A stretch of DNA of 64,000 nucleotides from Eledone cirrhosa (taxonomy: Eukaryota). How positions within the stretch are numbered: position 1 is the first letter of the stretch; each line of letters begins with the position of its first letter. The notes under the pieces were generated by a model. It searched no databases, had not been told where the DNA came from, and saw nothing but the letters and a program-made list of their open reading frames with translations. A program made the position numbers and the translations under genes. Where the stretch lies: NCBI GenBank assembly GCA_964016885.1, contig OZ024763.1, positions 20,894,001 through 20,958,000 on the forward strand, in the 5' to 3' direction. Below, one piece after another: positions 1-12,285 of this stretch.

Positions 1-246
1 AAATTTCAATTTCAAGTTAATTTGACTTCCGTCAGTCTTGCAAAGAACAATTTCAACGATACACTTTGAACCTACAATTGATCCATTATTTATGCTCAAT
101 TACACACCTGCGTATACTAACCTCTATTTTTTCCCTTGAGGTTCGAAGGTTTTTGCACCTGTGATGCGCGGGAGGTAACTTTCAAACATTTTAACAACAG
201 ACCAAAGGTCGACTTAGACCCGGGCAACGCCGGGTACTTCTGCTAG
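1..246 (+). mobile_element. Helitron 3' end
   Basis: GC hairpin ACCCGG-GCAACG-CCGGGT (218-235) followed 7 nt later by CTAG (243-246) then T, the canonical Helitron terminus. Confidence 0.65.
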
Positions 247-853
247 TATATATATATATATATATATATATGTCCCACCCTTCCAAGCAGGGAAAAGCAG
301 ACATAAAATGATGATATATATATATATATTTAAATGTATGTATGACATTGAGATTATTCCATGATAACTAACCACATCATTGAAATATATATTATGCAAT
401 AAAACCTTTTTGTAAAAGTAACTATCTTAATATATATAAATATGTAAGTTAGTTAATACATTAGTAGAGAAGGTATGTCCTTCTTTCAAATAGAAATGAC
501 GTCTACAGGACTAGAACTGTTAAAGTTCATTTGAAATCATCCGAAAAGTGTTGATTATTTCATACAAATGAAACAGTTCTAGTCCCATAGAAGTCATTTC
601 TATATGCAACGTATATAAATATATACATACATGTATCTTTACATAAATGTAAAATATGTACTTGTAGGGTGAATAAAATATATGCAACATATATATACAT
701 ATATGTATCTTTACAAAAATGTAAAATGTAGGGTGTATAAAATAAAAATACCCATGACTGTTTGAAACACACAAATCTTTTCTTTAGTACCAATAAACAT
801 GTATACAGTTGTTGTTTTCTTTTCAATAAATAAATAAAATAATTAAGAACAGC

Positions 854-885
<32 letters not shown>

Positions 886-1037
886 ACCCAAACCTTTTGC
901 TAACAAGGTCACAAAATATCGACAATTTAATTCACATACACACAGTTTTCGGAATGCAAAGGGGGTGAAAAAGACTGGAGATTAAATAAACAATATATAT
1001 CAACATATATCAGTGAAATTTTTAACCAAAAGTATAC

Positions 1038-1215
1038 CTCTGCCCATGACTTGTCTGATAATAACCGCTTCCAGATCATCAAGATGTTTCCATTACCGTT
1101 CCCATTCTGTGCTTCGATGTTCCCTCCAAATGTCACTGTATCATTAAGTGTCAATGGAGCCTCAACTGATTGACTTAAGTTCATGTTGCTCACTTCGAAG
1201 TACGGAATGAATGAC
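1038..1215 (-). CDS. DNAJC11: DNAJC11 exon 6 (SFIPYFEVSNMNLSQSVEAPLTLNDTVTFGGNIEAQNGNGNGNILMIWKRLLSDKSWAE); gene continues left of the window
   Basis: CAG acceptor, GTATAC donor, 178 bp (phase 2 to 0, compatible with exon 5); SQS.EAPLT..DT and QNGNG.G motifs. Confidence 0.94.
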
Positions 1216-1423
1216 CTGCAACGATAAACCAGTAGTGAAAAATTTCAACAGAACCAAAAAAACACACACAAAAAAAAAATGTTTTTCTTGAGTCAACATC
1301 AGAGCTCTTATTTGGTCAAAATCTCTTCAAATTCCACCCTATAATCTTAGAAAAAAAATTTGGAGGAGGAGGAGGAGAGTATGTTATTGGAAATATGGTC
1401 GCAGAAGGATTAATGATACTCAC

Positions 1424-1491
1424 TCATTTTCTGGATCCAAGTCATAATGATCAAAAACATCGGTAGCATCAATACCGATAGTAATGGTGCC
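1424..1491 (-). CDS. DNAJC11: DNAJC11 exon 5 (GTITIGIDATDVFDHYDLDPEN)
   Basis: CAG acceptor, GTGAGT donor, 68 bp (phase 0 to 2); resembles GTISVGVDATDLFDRYD. Confidence 0.93.
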
Positions 1492-1616
1492 CTGTGAATA
1501 GGAAGAAAACAAAATAAAAATAACCCAACACAGAAAAACAGGATGGTGTAGAACAAAGGAGAGACCTAAAATAAAAGCCTAGTCGAGGTCACAGAATATA
1601 GGATAAAAAAGCTTTG

Positions 1617-1960
1617 ACATCATCATCATCCATCTTCCACGCTTGCATGGGTTTGGACAACAATATCCTCTAACAAAATACACCCCCGTCCCACTACCCC
1701 CACCCCTTTAAATGTAAAGTTATGATGGTACCACAACATCCAGTCCGAAACAAATGAGGCCGTGTAGGTGTCACAACAAAAAAACACAGTCCACGCTGTA
1801 ATGTGGCCGTGTAGGTAACACAGTAAAAACCTCCCAGTTCCACACTGTAAATGTGGTTGGTGTTAGGAAGGGCACCCAGCTGTAGAAAACCCGCCAGACA
1901 GTCCTATACGAGCAAGACAACCAATCTTGCCTCAAGTGGGAAAATTCCCGTCCAAACCCG
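1617..1960. repeat. RTE 3'-UTR/tail repeat; further copies at ~7930-8040, 8415-8590, 9440-9555, 26350-26520, 30235-30410, 30660-30950, 40130-40290, 52500-52810
   Basis: Recurrent motifs ttctacagctggatgcccttcctaacaccaacc and ttccacgctagcatgggtt with (CAT)n ends. Confidence 0.8.
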
Positions 1961-1969
1961 GCAACAAAC

Positions 1970-4185
1970 CTAGGCGACAAGTATACTTAGCTAGGAGGGA
2001 AGCAGAAGATAGAAAATTCAAGCGTTTTGCAACGTGAGGACCAGAAACAGGAGGTATTCAAGATTGCGAGGCAGTGTGTCAGAGATAGTTGTGATGTCAT
2101 TGGAGAGCAGTGTATCCGGAATGATAAAGGTGAGCTTGCCCTCACAAGTGCTGAGAAGAAAGATGCATGGAAGAGTCATTATGGTAGATTACTAAATGAG
2201 GAGAATGCATGGGAAGAAGAGACCCTATCCCAAGTAGACCCTATAGAGGGGCCAGCAGTACAAGTCAGCAGCAACGTAGTAAGTAAGGCAATCAAAGATA
2301 TGAAGATGGGGAAGGCAACCGGTCCATCGGGTATAGCTGCCGAGATGCTGAAGGCATCAGGGTCTGTAGGTCACACTATAACCACACGTATTGTTAACCA
2401 GGTAATACTAGAAGGTGTCATACCAAAAGATTGGTGCAGTAGCATCATTGTCAACTGCTACAAAGGTAAAAGTGATGCACTAGATAGAGGAAACTATAGA
2501 GGTATAAAGTTGATGGACCAGGTCATGAAAGTAACAGAAAGAGTTATAGTTGATTAGGGACCGGGTGAAAATAGACGAGATGCAATTTGGGTTTGTACCA
2601 GGAAGAGGCACCACTGATGCCCTCTTCCTTGTGAGGCAGTTACAGGGAAAGTACCTAGCTAAAAGTAAGCCACTCTACTTGGCATTTGTCGACCTTCAGA
2701 AAGCCTTTGACAGAGTTCCACGTGCTGTAATCTGGTGGGCTCTTAGAAAACTAGGAGTAGATGAATGGCTTGTGAAAGCGGTACAAGCCATGTATAGGGG
2801 AGCAGTCAGCAAAGTTAGGATTAGCAATGAGTATAGCGAGGAATTTAGCGTACAGGTTGGGGTCCACCAGGGCTCTGTTCTTAGCCCCCTCCTGTTCATC
2901 ATAGTCCTGCAGGCAATAACGGAGGAGTTTAAGACCAGATGCCCATGGGAACTCCTGTATGCTGATGACCTCGCACTTATAGCTGAATCTATGGTAGAAC
3001 TAGAGAATAAATTCCAAACTTGGAAGCAGGGACTAGAAAGAAAGGGTCTCAAAGTCAACATGACAAAGACTAAGGTCCTTGTAAGTAGACGAGAAAACAG
3101 AACCCAGATCCCCTCAGGGAAATGGCCTTGCTCAGTATGTAGGAAAGGTGTAGGTAGGAACTCCATTCTCTGCCCCAAATGCAAACAATGGGTACACAAG
3201 AGATGTAGCGGGATCTCAGGAAGCTTAATTAAGAATGTGGGCTTCACATGCAGCAAACAGCCACAGGAAACAAGTACCACCAATCTCTGGGAGGGCTCTG
3301 TAGAAACAGTAGACAGCTTCTACTACCTAGGTGACCGAATTAGCAGCAGAGGTGGGTGTTCAGAAAGTACAATAACTAGGGTAAGAACGGGATGGAAGAA
3401 GTTTAGGGAACTAGTACCACTGCTAACTGCAAAAGGCTTCTCCCTCAGAATGAAAGGCAGACTGTATGATGTGTGTATCCGAACAGCGATGTTGCATGGT
3501 AGTGAGACCTGGGCGCTGAAGGTGGAAGACTTACGTAGATTAGAGAGAAACGAAGCCTGCATGTTCCGATGGCTGTATAACAGTAATATACGTGAACGAC
3601 AAATGAATTGAGAGAGAGACTGACCATAAGAGGAATCAAATGCTGTGTGCAGGAGAGGCGGTTGCGCTGGTATGGACATGTGATGCATATGAAGGATGAT
3701 AGCTGCATAAAAAGGTGCAGAGCACTAGAAGTCGATGGAAACCGTGGAGTGGGGAGACCCAAGATGACCTGGGATGAGGTGATAAAAGCCGACCTTACCC
3801 AATTACACCTCTCAAAGGCGATGACACACGTGACCTCTGGCGTCACGCAGTAATACAGAGTACCCAACCTCCCATGGGTACAAGCTGAAGCATATAGACA
3901 ATATGCCCCCACACCGCCCACCGCAAGGTGGTCGTGGAGGTGCCATGGCAAAAAAGCACCCAGCCCACACTGTAAAGTGGACGTGTAGGCGCCATGAAAA
4001 AGCACCCAGCACTCACTGTAAATGAGGTTGGTGTTAGGAAGGGCATCCAGCTGTAGAAATCAAGCCAAATCAGTTCCTGTATGAGCAAGGCATGGTCAGC
4101 CGACCAGACACTGCCCACAACAAGACAACCCGTCTAACCCATGCAAGCGTGGAAGTTGTACGTTAAACAATGATGATGATGATGA
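1970..4185 (+). mobile_element. 5'-truncated RTE-clade LINE in DNAJC11 intron 4 (antisense): reverse transcriptase pseudogene, 3' UTR and (GAT)n tail
   Basis: ORFs 2027-2557, 2550-3611 and 3608-3853 join via 2 frameshifts; RT motifs NYRGIKL, QFGF.PGRGTTDA, FVDLQKAFD, GVHQGSVLSPLLF, YADD, F.YLG, RLRWYGHV; Cys/His finger CSVC...CPKC..WVH..C. Confidence 0.93.
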
Positions 4186-4509
4186 ATATTTAAACAACTA
4201 TCCGGTTATCGAACCAACCAACCAACCAGCCATCCGGAAATTTATAATAAATTGAAGTGAAAACCAACAGGTGTGTGAGTTTTTATTGGCAGCATGACCC
4301 TCCCAAACAATATCTGTTTCAACACATGTTTGCAGATAAGAAATCTTGCAAAACAAATTAAAAAATATATATATAATATATATATATATAGAAAGCGGCC
4401 GATGGCAACTTCTTTTTCCATCTTTAAATGGCTTTCACCCTATTTTATAACATCTATGTGCTTGAACATATCATCCTTTATACTTATATATATAAACACA
4501 CACACACAT

Positions 4510-4852
4510 ATCATCATTTCATCATTTCATTCAACGTCAGCTTTTCCCTGCTTGCAAGGGTGGGACGGGAACTGATTCTGGCTCGATTTCTACAGCTGGA
4601 TGCCCTTCCTAATGCCAACCTCATTTACAGTGAGTGCTGGGTGCTTTTTTGCTGTGGCACCTCAACGACCACTTTGCAGTGGAATGATAGGGACCCCAGT
4701 CCGTATCATCTCATTTCTACAGCTGAGTAAACTGGAGCAATGTGAAATAAAGTGTCTTGCTCAAGGAAACAACACATCACCCGGTCTGAGAATTGAACTC
4801 ACAACCTTTCGATTGCAAGGCCAATGCTCTAACCACTAAGCCATGTGCCTCC
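4510..4852 (-). mobile_element. tRNA-derived CORE-type SINE with RTE-derived tail; second copy ~54310-54590, head fragment ~31850-31935
   Basis: Minus strand: A box TGGCTTAGTGGT, B box GAGTTCAATTC, CORE-like ccttgagcaagacactttatttcac, then the RTE 3' tail. Confidence 0.75.
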
Positions 4853-5197
4853 ATATATGTAGAAATCGAGCTTGAAACACGAGTGTACAAGAATTCGTAG
4901 GATTATGGGGAAAACTCAGCGGAAGGAAGCTGTTAAAACAGCAAAATGCTGTCAATAATGGCGTCAGGTAAAATTTACCTCAAAGGATAGAAGTGTGTTG
5001 GCTTGGAGAAGTGATAGGAAGAACATAGAAAAGGAATAAAATAGCCACAGATTTCTATCCTTTGAGGTAAATTTTACCTGACGGCATTGGGTAAAGTGTT
5101 TTGCTCAAAAACACAACATGCAACTAAGCCAAGGAATTGAACCCACAACATTATGAGAAGTAAGCCTCGATAAAAATCCTGTTTGTCTCATGCAACG

Positions 5198-5198
<1 letters not shown>

Positions 5199-5231
<33 letters not shown>

Positions 5232-5626
5232 CCGTTTTACGTCCGTTCTTCCACGCTAGCATGGGTTAGACGGGTTGTCCTGTTGTGTGCAGTGTCTGGT
5301 CGGCTGACCATGCCTTGCTCATACAGGAACTGATTTGGCTTGATTTCTACAGCTGGATGCCCTTCCTAACACCAACCTCATTTACAGTGAGTGCTGGGTG
5401 CTTTTTCGTGGCGCCTACACGTCCACTTTACAGTGTGGGTTGGGTGCTTTTTTGCCGTGGCACCTCCACGACCACCTTGCGGTGGGGGGAGTGGGGGCAT
5501 ATTGTTTATATGCTTCAGCATGTACCCATGGGAGGTCGGGTACTCTGTATTACTGCGTGACGCCAGAAGTCACGGTCGTGTGTCATTGCCTTTGAGAGGT
5601 GTAATTGGGTAAGGTCGGCTTTTATC
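5199..5626 (-). mobile_element. 3' end of the same RTE LINE family, inverted relative to 3781-4185
   Basis: Near-identical reverse complement (ORF track 3843-4118 minus vs 5285-5560 plus); (CAT)n tail. Confidence 0.88.
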
Positions 5627-6886
5627 GGCTGATCTTCAGTTTAATCAGATGACCTCGGTTTCGTGAACACCGGGGGCTTCACAGATGATTGACTACTAAT
5701 TCAACAACTGCTCAAGTTAGTGGAGAAATCTACAAGTATGTAGGTGTGGTGAACTGCATATATTCTAGCCATTAGAAAAAGCAAAATCAATGCTTCACCT
5801 TCGCTGGAGGGATCACTCAAGAAGAAGAAGTATATTATATATTATAGAAAGAGGTGGCGAACTGGTAGAGTCTTTGGAACGTCGAATAGAATGTTCTGCT
5901 GTATTTGTGCTGCCTTTATGGATTGTCTGAATTCAAATCTCACTGAGGTCACTTTGTTTTTCATACTCAGTCAATAAAAATAGGACCACTCTAATCCTGG
6001 GGTTGGTTCTCTAACACTGTAATCACTTTTTGCCAGAAGTTGCAGCGGGTAGATAGTAACAGTAATGGAAAGACCTATGGGAACATTGTTAACTCAGTCC
6101 AATTTGACGAGTTCAACCCCACTCGGTAAGCCAATGAGGTCTGGGAACTTGTCAATAAAAAAGAACAAGAAAACTTCTCATTTCTTTTCTTTCTCGGGAA
6201 GAAATAGACAGTATTCAGACCCTATAAAGATGGACTCCTCCAAGTTTAGTTTAAAGTGCCCAAGGCACGTCTTATGACACAATGGTGTCCCCATGCCTCA
6301 ATCAGGAGTTATGGGCCCATACCAAGATACATATTAAAAACGCAAATTCTTACCACATTCTAAAGAATAAGGACGACAATAAACATTCTATTCATTTTTT
6401 TTACATGGCATTGACTTGTGAGGAAAGATCAGAGCATTTGTGAAAATAATTCTTTCGTAGCCAATAGTTCTCCCTCCTGTTTCGTGATGCGATTGTCAAG
6501 TTAACATTCTTATCATACGGAATCATATTCAAAACAGAAAATTCAATCTAGACAGAGTTATGTCCCTTGCTTCAGAGTTATGTCCCTTTAAACATTTATT
6601 TATTTATTTATTTATTATTTGTTTTTTTTACAGCTACATTCGTTAAGAATTAAGAACCTTGACAACCAGTGAGAAGGATATTTTGACCACTACTCTATTA
6701 ACCATTCCATTACCATATTTCTAATGAAATATACCATCTATATTCTTCAATTCATTTTGTAAATAATCAACAATTTACGGGCAAAAACCAACCAGCAAGA
6801 GACTCAGGGGTAGACCCCGAGCAAGATGGTTGGATAACATCCATCACCATTGATGATAAAATAATAACCACAATTCCACAACATAC

Positions 6887-6988
6887 CCGAGGATTGGTCC
6901 TTTGTTGTAGTCTCCGTTCTTCTCTTTCTCTCTGTATCCGCTCGAATTCTGCAATTATCTCGGCAGGCGATTTGGTTTTTGAAACAAG
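6887..6988 (-). CDS. DNAJC11: DNAJC11 exon 4 ([34 protein letters not shown])
   Basis: poly-T+AG acceptor, GTATGT donor, 102 bp in frame; [19 protein letters not shown] matches DNAJC11. Confidence 0.95.
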
Positions 6989-7706
6989 CTAAAAAAAAAA
7001 AAATATATATATATATAATTTATATAAATATTATATAAGCTAAAAAGATAAAAATATAATTTATAAAATATCATATAATAAGCTAAAAAGAATATATAAT
7101 TTATAAAAATATTATATAATAAGCTAAAAAAATAAAAATATAATTTTTACAAACAGCAGACCCTGTGCAAGATGGTTAGATAACATCCATGAGCTTGGCT
7201 GGTCTCACTTAGGGATCCAGCTCCAATACTATGAGTATGTGGTTAGTATGTCTCAGGCAAGAATCCCTGGGCAGATATTTAAGGGCAAAATCCAACCAAC
7301 AGGAGACTCAGGGGTAGACCAACCCTGAGCAAGATGGTTGGATAACATCCATGAGCTTGGCTGAACAACAGATCAGTTGGAAATGGTTGCTTCTGACAAG
7401 ACCTGCTGGAAGGAGTGTTTGAGGACTCTGTCACCTTCTCCTTGCCATGACCCTCTCAGGAATAATTGGGTGAAGGAAAAGAAAATATATTATTAATACC
7501 ACTCCTTACCCCCCCCCCCTAATTAATCCCTTCTTGATTTGTTGTAATTTAGGCATAAGGCCAGCAATTTTTTGGGGAGGTGGGGATTACATCAACCCCA
7601 ATACATGACTGGTACGTCATTTTATCAAAAGAAATTCAAAACATGACCATACTAACATATTTAAAGTCACTAGAAAATCAGTGTAGTAAAAACCAAAGCA
7701 CAAGTA

Positions 7707-7874
7707 CTGTATTTCCTGGAGTCAAAGACATTACTTTTTCACTTAAATTAGGTTAAAAAATCTACCATGCGTCCTGGAGGCCAAAAGTTGTTTATTATTT
7801 TTTTCCAAATTTTTGGTTGTCAAAATTAGGGTGCGTCTTCGAGGACGAAGCGTATTCGGCACCGGGAAATATGG
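7707..7874. mobile_element. Tigger/pogo-type MITE
   Basis: TA|CTGTATTTCC ... GGAAATATGG|TA imperfect TIRs with TA flanks. Confidence 0.55.
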
Positions 7875-8063
7875 TATATTGAAACAAATTGGAGGAGCTT
7901 AAGCCCCTAAAACCCCCTTAGTGTTTAAAGGCTTGAGAAGGGCATCCAGCAGTAAAACATTGTCGGAAAAAAGTTCCCGACCAACTCATGCCAACATGGA
8001 AAAAAAGTCGATGTAAAAATGATGATGATGATGATGATACATTCTAAAATATAATATACATAC

Positions 8064-8134
8064 CTCCATTCCACAGTCGAGTCCTTTCTCTCCATAAATA
8101 TCATATATGGTTCTTGTGTGTTTATCTGACAGAA
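8064..8134 (-). CDS. DNAJC11: DNAJC11 exon 3 (VLSDKHTRTIYDIYGEKGLDCGME)
   Basis: AAG acceptor after a pyrimidine tract, GTATGT donor, 71 bp (phase 1 to 0); J-domain end VLSD...R.IYD.YG. Confidence 0.93.
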
Positions 8135-8610
8135 CTTAAAAGAGAGAAAAAGAAAAAAAGATTGTAACAAGGAAATATGAAGACACATTTCTATTTGAAA
8201 TATAATATAAAAAAACCTTTCTCTATTTCTTTGGAAGGAATCAACTATGTTCAAACCTCGAGTGGGGTTCCTTATTTTGTCCATCACAGAATCACAGTGT
8301 TGGACTTACCTGTAAGCTAAAAAAGCTATAGCTTAGGGTCACACACCCTTGGGGGCCTCATTAAAAAAAATAAAAAAATAATTTTATCATTAGTTTTTAT
8401 TCTTTAACACTATATCATCATCATTGTTTAACGTCCATGTTCCACGCTATCATGGGTTGGACGGTTTTGTCCCACTTGAGGTAAGATTGGTGGGGAGACC
8501 GTGTCTCACTCGTACAGAACTGTTTCTGGCAGGTTTACTACAGCTGGATGTCTTTCCTAACACCAGCCACATTAGGAAAGGCATCCAGCAGTATCATCAA
8601 TATATATATA

Positions 8611-9205
8611 TATTGTTATACTCTGGGAGGGTCATGTTGCCAATAAGAAACACACGCACCAGTTGCTTTCACTTCAATTTATTATAATAAATTTATAAAT
8701 TTCCGGTTGGTTGGTTGGTTCCACAACCAGATGGTTGTTTATATATTGTCAAAGTTCTTTCGTCACACATTCTGTGACCTCTTCAGTGACTGGGGATTCT
8801 TTTCTTTGTTTTTTTGTGCCTCTCCTTTGTTCTGTCCTACGCCATCTTGTTTTTGTGTGTGTTGAACACACACAAAAAAAACAAAACAAGATGGCGTAGG
8901 ATAGAACAAAGGAGAGGCACAAAAAAACAAAAACAAAGAAAAGAATCCCCAGTCACTGAAGAGGTCACAGAATGCGTGACGAAAGAACTTTGACAATATA
9001 TAAACAACCATCTGGTTGTGGAACCAACCAACCGACTGGAAATTTATAAATTCCTAAATTTATAAATTTATTATAATAAATTGAAGTGAAAGCAGGTGGT
9101 GCGTGTGTTTCTTATTGGCAACATGACCCTCCCAAAGTATAACAATATCAGTTTCAATACACGTTTTCAGATAAAGAATCTTGCTAAACAAATTCAGAAA
9201 CGAAA
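8611..9205. mobile_element. Non-autonomous PLE-derived fold-back element in DNAJC11 intron 2
   Basis: Inverted arms 8611-8863 and 8865-9148 with a 1-nt centre; the right arm continues to (TA)n; one hammerhead-like motif per arm. Confidence 0.75.
8952..8994 (+). ncRNA. Minimal hammerhead-like motif (mirror copy 8748-8790, minus)
   Basis: GTCA-CTGAAGA-G-GTCAC agaatgc GTGAC-GAAA-GAAC-TT-TGAC: stems I and II pair. Confidence 0.65.
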
Positions 9206-9299
9206 TATATATATATATATATCCAGGGAGTGTAACGTGAAGTTACTGTAGGGTCACCCAGGTGAGCACTTGATGTTTATGTTCACGTCAGTGACGAAC

Positions 9300-9335
<36 letters not shown>

Positions 9336-9433
9336 CAAGGTGTCCCCAAAAATGTTTACACACTTCAACAGCAGTCTAATAAATATTGCTTGTACAGGTA
9401 ATCAAACTATATATGTTTTTTTGGGACACCCTG
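9336..9433. mobile_element. Mariner-type short MITE; other copies ~14563-14654 and ~20216-20310
   Basis: TIR CA(G)GGTGTCCCCAAAAA ... TTTTTGGGACACCCTG in TA context. Confidence 0.65.
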
Positions 9434-9590
9434 TATATTTATAAAGCAGTTCTGTATGAGCAAGGCATGGTCACCTAACCTGGCATTTCTCATGACAGGA
9501 CAACTCGTCTAACCCATGCTAGCATGGAAAAATGGACGTTAAATAATGATGATGAATATATATATTATAATTATTATTATTTATCATTAA

Positions 9591-9801
9591 CCCTTTAGGA
9601 TTCACATTACTCTATATATACTATTATATTTTCATGGTAAAGGCTTTACCTCGCATAATTATCTCACATAATATCGAATCTATGAGATTTTGAAAGTATT
9701 TATTTTGAGAACAATACCTTAATATCAGTTTGAGCGACCAGTTACAGCCAGTTTCAACAGAGAAAGGTAGAGAATTCTGGCCGGTTTTGAATATTAAAGG
9801 G
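9591..9801. mobile_element. piggyBac-type MITE; other copies 16189-16456, 63766-63988 and a rearranged pair ~10708-11025
   Basis: TTAA|CCCTTTAG ... TAAAGGG|TTAA termini and shared internal sequence (atcgaatctatgagattttga). Confidence 0.7.
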
Positions 9802-10082
9802 TTAACATCAATATAAAAATAATAATAGTCATAATTATTTTAAATTTTTTTACCCAAATGTTTCAGGGAAGGGTCTCAACAGGTAAAGGTTCAGCCCTGA
9901 TCACAGACAATACCAGGCAGAAACACCAACTTCAATAATGTTTTGTAATTAACCTTAGTGTACGTCAGGTGAAAAGTGCCATGTTGTTGACACAACAAAA
10001 AGCACCCAGTCCACACTGTAAGTATGTCACTACTACACCCTTATGACTCCACTAGGAGTTACAGGGTCCATACATGGAATAT

Positions 10083-10330
10083 GGCAGCGAATTGGCAGAG
10101 TCGTTAGAACGTCGGACAGAATGCTTTGTAGTATTCATTTCAGTTCTCTGCTCCCTCAGTTCAAATCCTGCCGAGGTCAACTTTGCCTTTCATCCATTCA
10201 AGGTTGATAAAAAAAAGTACCAGACAAGTACTGGGGTCGATTCTTCCCCTATATCTCTTTCTCTCACTCTCTCTATCCTTCTCTGAAAGAAATGTACTGT
10301 ATTCAGGCCTGGAGAGATGGGCTCTGCCAG
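10083..10330 (+). mobile_element. tRNA-derived SINE with Nin/Deu-like central domain; other copies ~5850-6000, 21325-21509(-), 25490-25677(+), 28810-29090, 29380-29825(-), 31223-31500(+), 32772-32953(+), 53170-53457(-), 62900-63080
   Basis: A box tggcagagtcgttag, B box gttcaaatcc, conserved gtcaactttgcctttcatcc...gataaaataaagtaccag block. Confidence 0.75.
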
Positions 10331-10529
10331 GCTTAAAACATTTCCTAGAAACACTGTATGTCAATATGACCCCCCCCCCCCCCCCCCTACGACTCCTCAG
10401 TAGCCACAGGGGCCCCTTACATACAATATGATCGAGTAAAAACTTTTAAAAGGTGGCGCCCCCTACCATGGCTAGAGTCAAATCATTGACATCAATAAAG
10501 ATTAAAGTCACATATTTGCCAGCATTTAC

Positions 10530-10659
10530 CTTCGTGAGCTTTCTTGATCTTAGAAAACATGATTTCAGCTTTTTTTTTCTCTGCTTCGCCATGATGCTTA
10601 TCGGGATGGTATATTTTACTGAGTCGTCGGAAAGCATTGTTGATTTCCTCCAGAGAAGC
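10530..10659 (-). CDS. DNAJC11: DNAJC11 exon 2 (ASLEEINNAFRRLSKIYHPDKHHGEAEKKKAEIMFSKIKKAHE)
   Basis: CAG acceptor, GTAAAT donor, 130 bp (phase 0 to 1), contains the J-domain HPD motif. Confidence 0.95.
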
Positions 10660-12252
10660 CTGTTAGAGGAAGGAAAACGTAATCAGTTTTAAAAGACAAA
10701 ATACTTTAACGCTTTAACATTTACATTACCCTATATATACTATTGTATTTTAATGGTAAAGGCTTTACCTCACATAATATTGAATCTATGAGATTTCGAT
10801 ATTTATGTTGAGAACCTTACCATAACCCTTTAGCATTTAAACCAACCATATCCGGCCACAATTTTCTCACCTCCTTCTGTTCAAAAGCAGCTGTAACCAG
10901 CCACTCATACAGATGTTAACGTATTCTTGAAATAAATGATATCAAAATCTCATAGATTCAATATTATGTGAGATAATTGTGTAAGATAAAGCCTTTACCA
11001 CAAAAATACAATAGTCTATATAGATGTATTGGACCCTGAAATTGAGCAGGGTAGGGGCTGAGGGAACATAAGCTGACATGAAACTTTTAATCTAGAAGCA
11101 AAGTTGGCTGCTCGCAGGTGCAAGCCCCACAAGTGGTCATGAATCTTGGGTAATGACCAGAAGAATATGATCACGAATACAATCGGCCATAATGGGGTTT
11201 GCTCGGGGTCTATCCTTGGGTCTTTAGAGTAACATTAGATGATAGAGTGCATAGCTTGGAGATCAGAGAGTCACTTCAGGTAGAGACACTACTTCTCTGA
11301 ATTGAGAGATCACAGCTTCGATATTACAGATCTGGTTAGAATGTCTCAAGAGAGAAACACTGGATAAATTTTACAGGAGTGCAAAACCAACCAGGGGTAG
11401 ACCCCGAGCAAGATGGTTGGATAACATCCATGAGCTTGGCTGGTCTCGCTTGGGGATTCATCAGCCGGATCAGTTGGAGGCGGCTGCTTCTGACAGGACC
11501 CACTGCAAGGAGTGTTTGAGGACTCTGTCCACATGACCCTCTCAGGAATAAGTGGGCAAAGATGATTTCTTTCGAATGAAACAGTTCTAGTCCTGTAGAA
11601 GCCATTTTTATATTAAATTTTGTAAATACTCTACTAATGTATTGAGTACTTCACTTACTGTGATTATACCCGTTTGAACTCGGGACACACCCACACACAC
11701 ATATATATATATATTTATACATATATATATCTAACATACATATAACCATTTATGTTGGATGGTTTAATTAGTAGATCATGATGCAATAGGCAAAAGCACA
11801 CACACACACATATATATTTATATGTTACTCCAACAACACATGCATATACACACACAGAAGAATTAAATACAACACTCTCTCTCATGTCCCCTTTATTTAT
11901 CCACCTTTAATGTCTGAACTTCACTTTGTTTCCTCTACTCCCGATGAAGGACAAACGTCTGAAACGTCGAACTATCCTTTCTCTTTCAAGTGTGAAACTA
12001 ATAAGATTATTGTTATTGAAAAGAAGAGTGCTCTATGTTTAGCACAGAGCTATTTAATTATATAATAAACAACACAATATAATTATTTAATTACCGAAGG
12101 TTTTGAGAAACTAGATGATTCTTGCAGAATCGTTCGTCAGAAACATACATACATACACACACACCTGTATATATATATATACACACACACACATATATAT
12201 ACAAATACACATATATACATACATACACACACACCTGTATATATATATATTG

Positions 12253-12285
<33 letters not shown>

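Noticed and set aside
2696-4005. Minus-strand ORFs of 121-195 aa (also 57355-57834, 43744-43986, 44877-45119)
   Set aside because: Antisense shadows of retroelement coding sequence
4958-5088. ~45-bp-arm inverted repeat; small hairpins also at ~26905-26930 and ~41802-41839
   Set aside because: Real palindromes, but without TSD, family or motif evidence to assign a function
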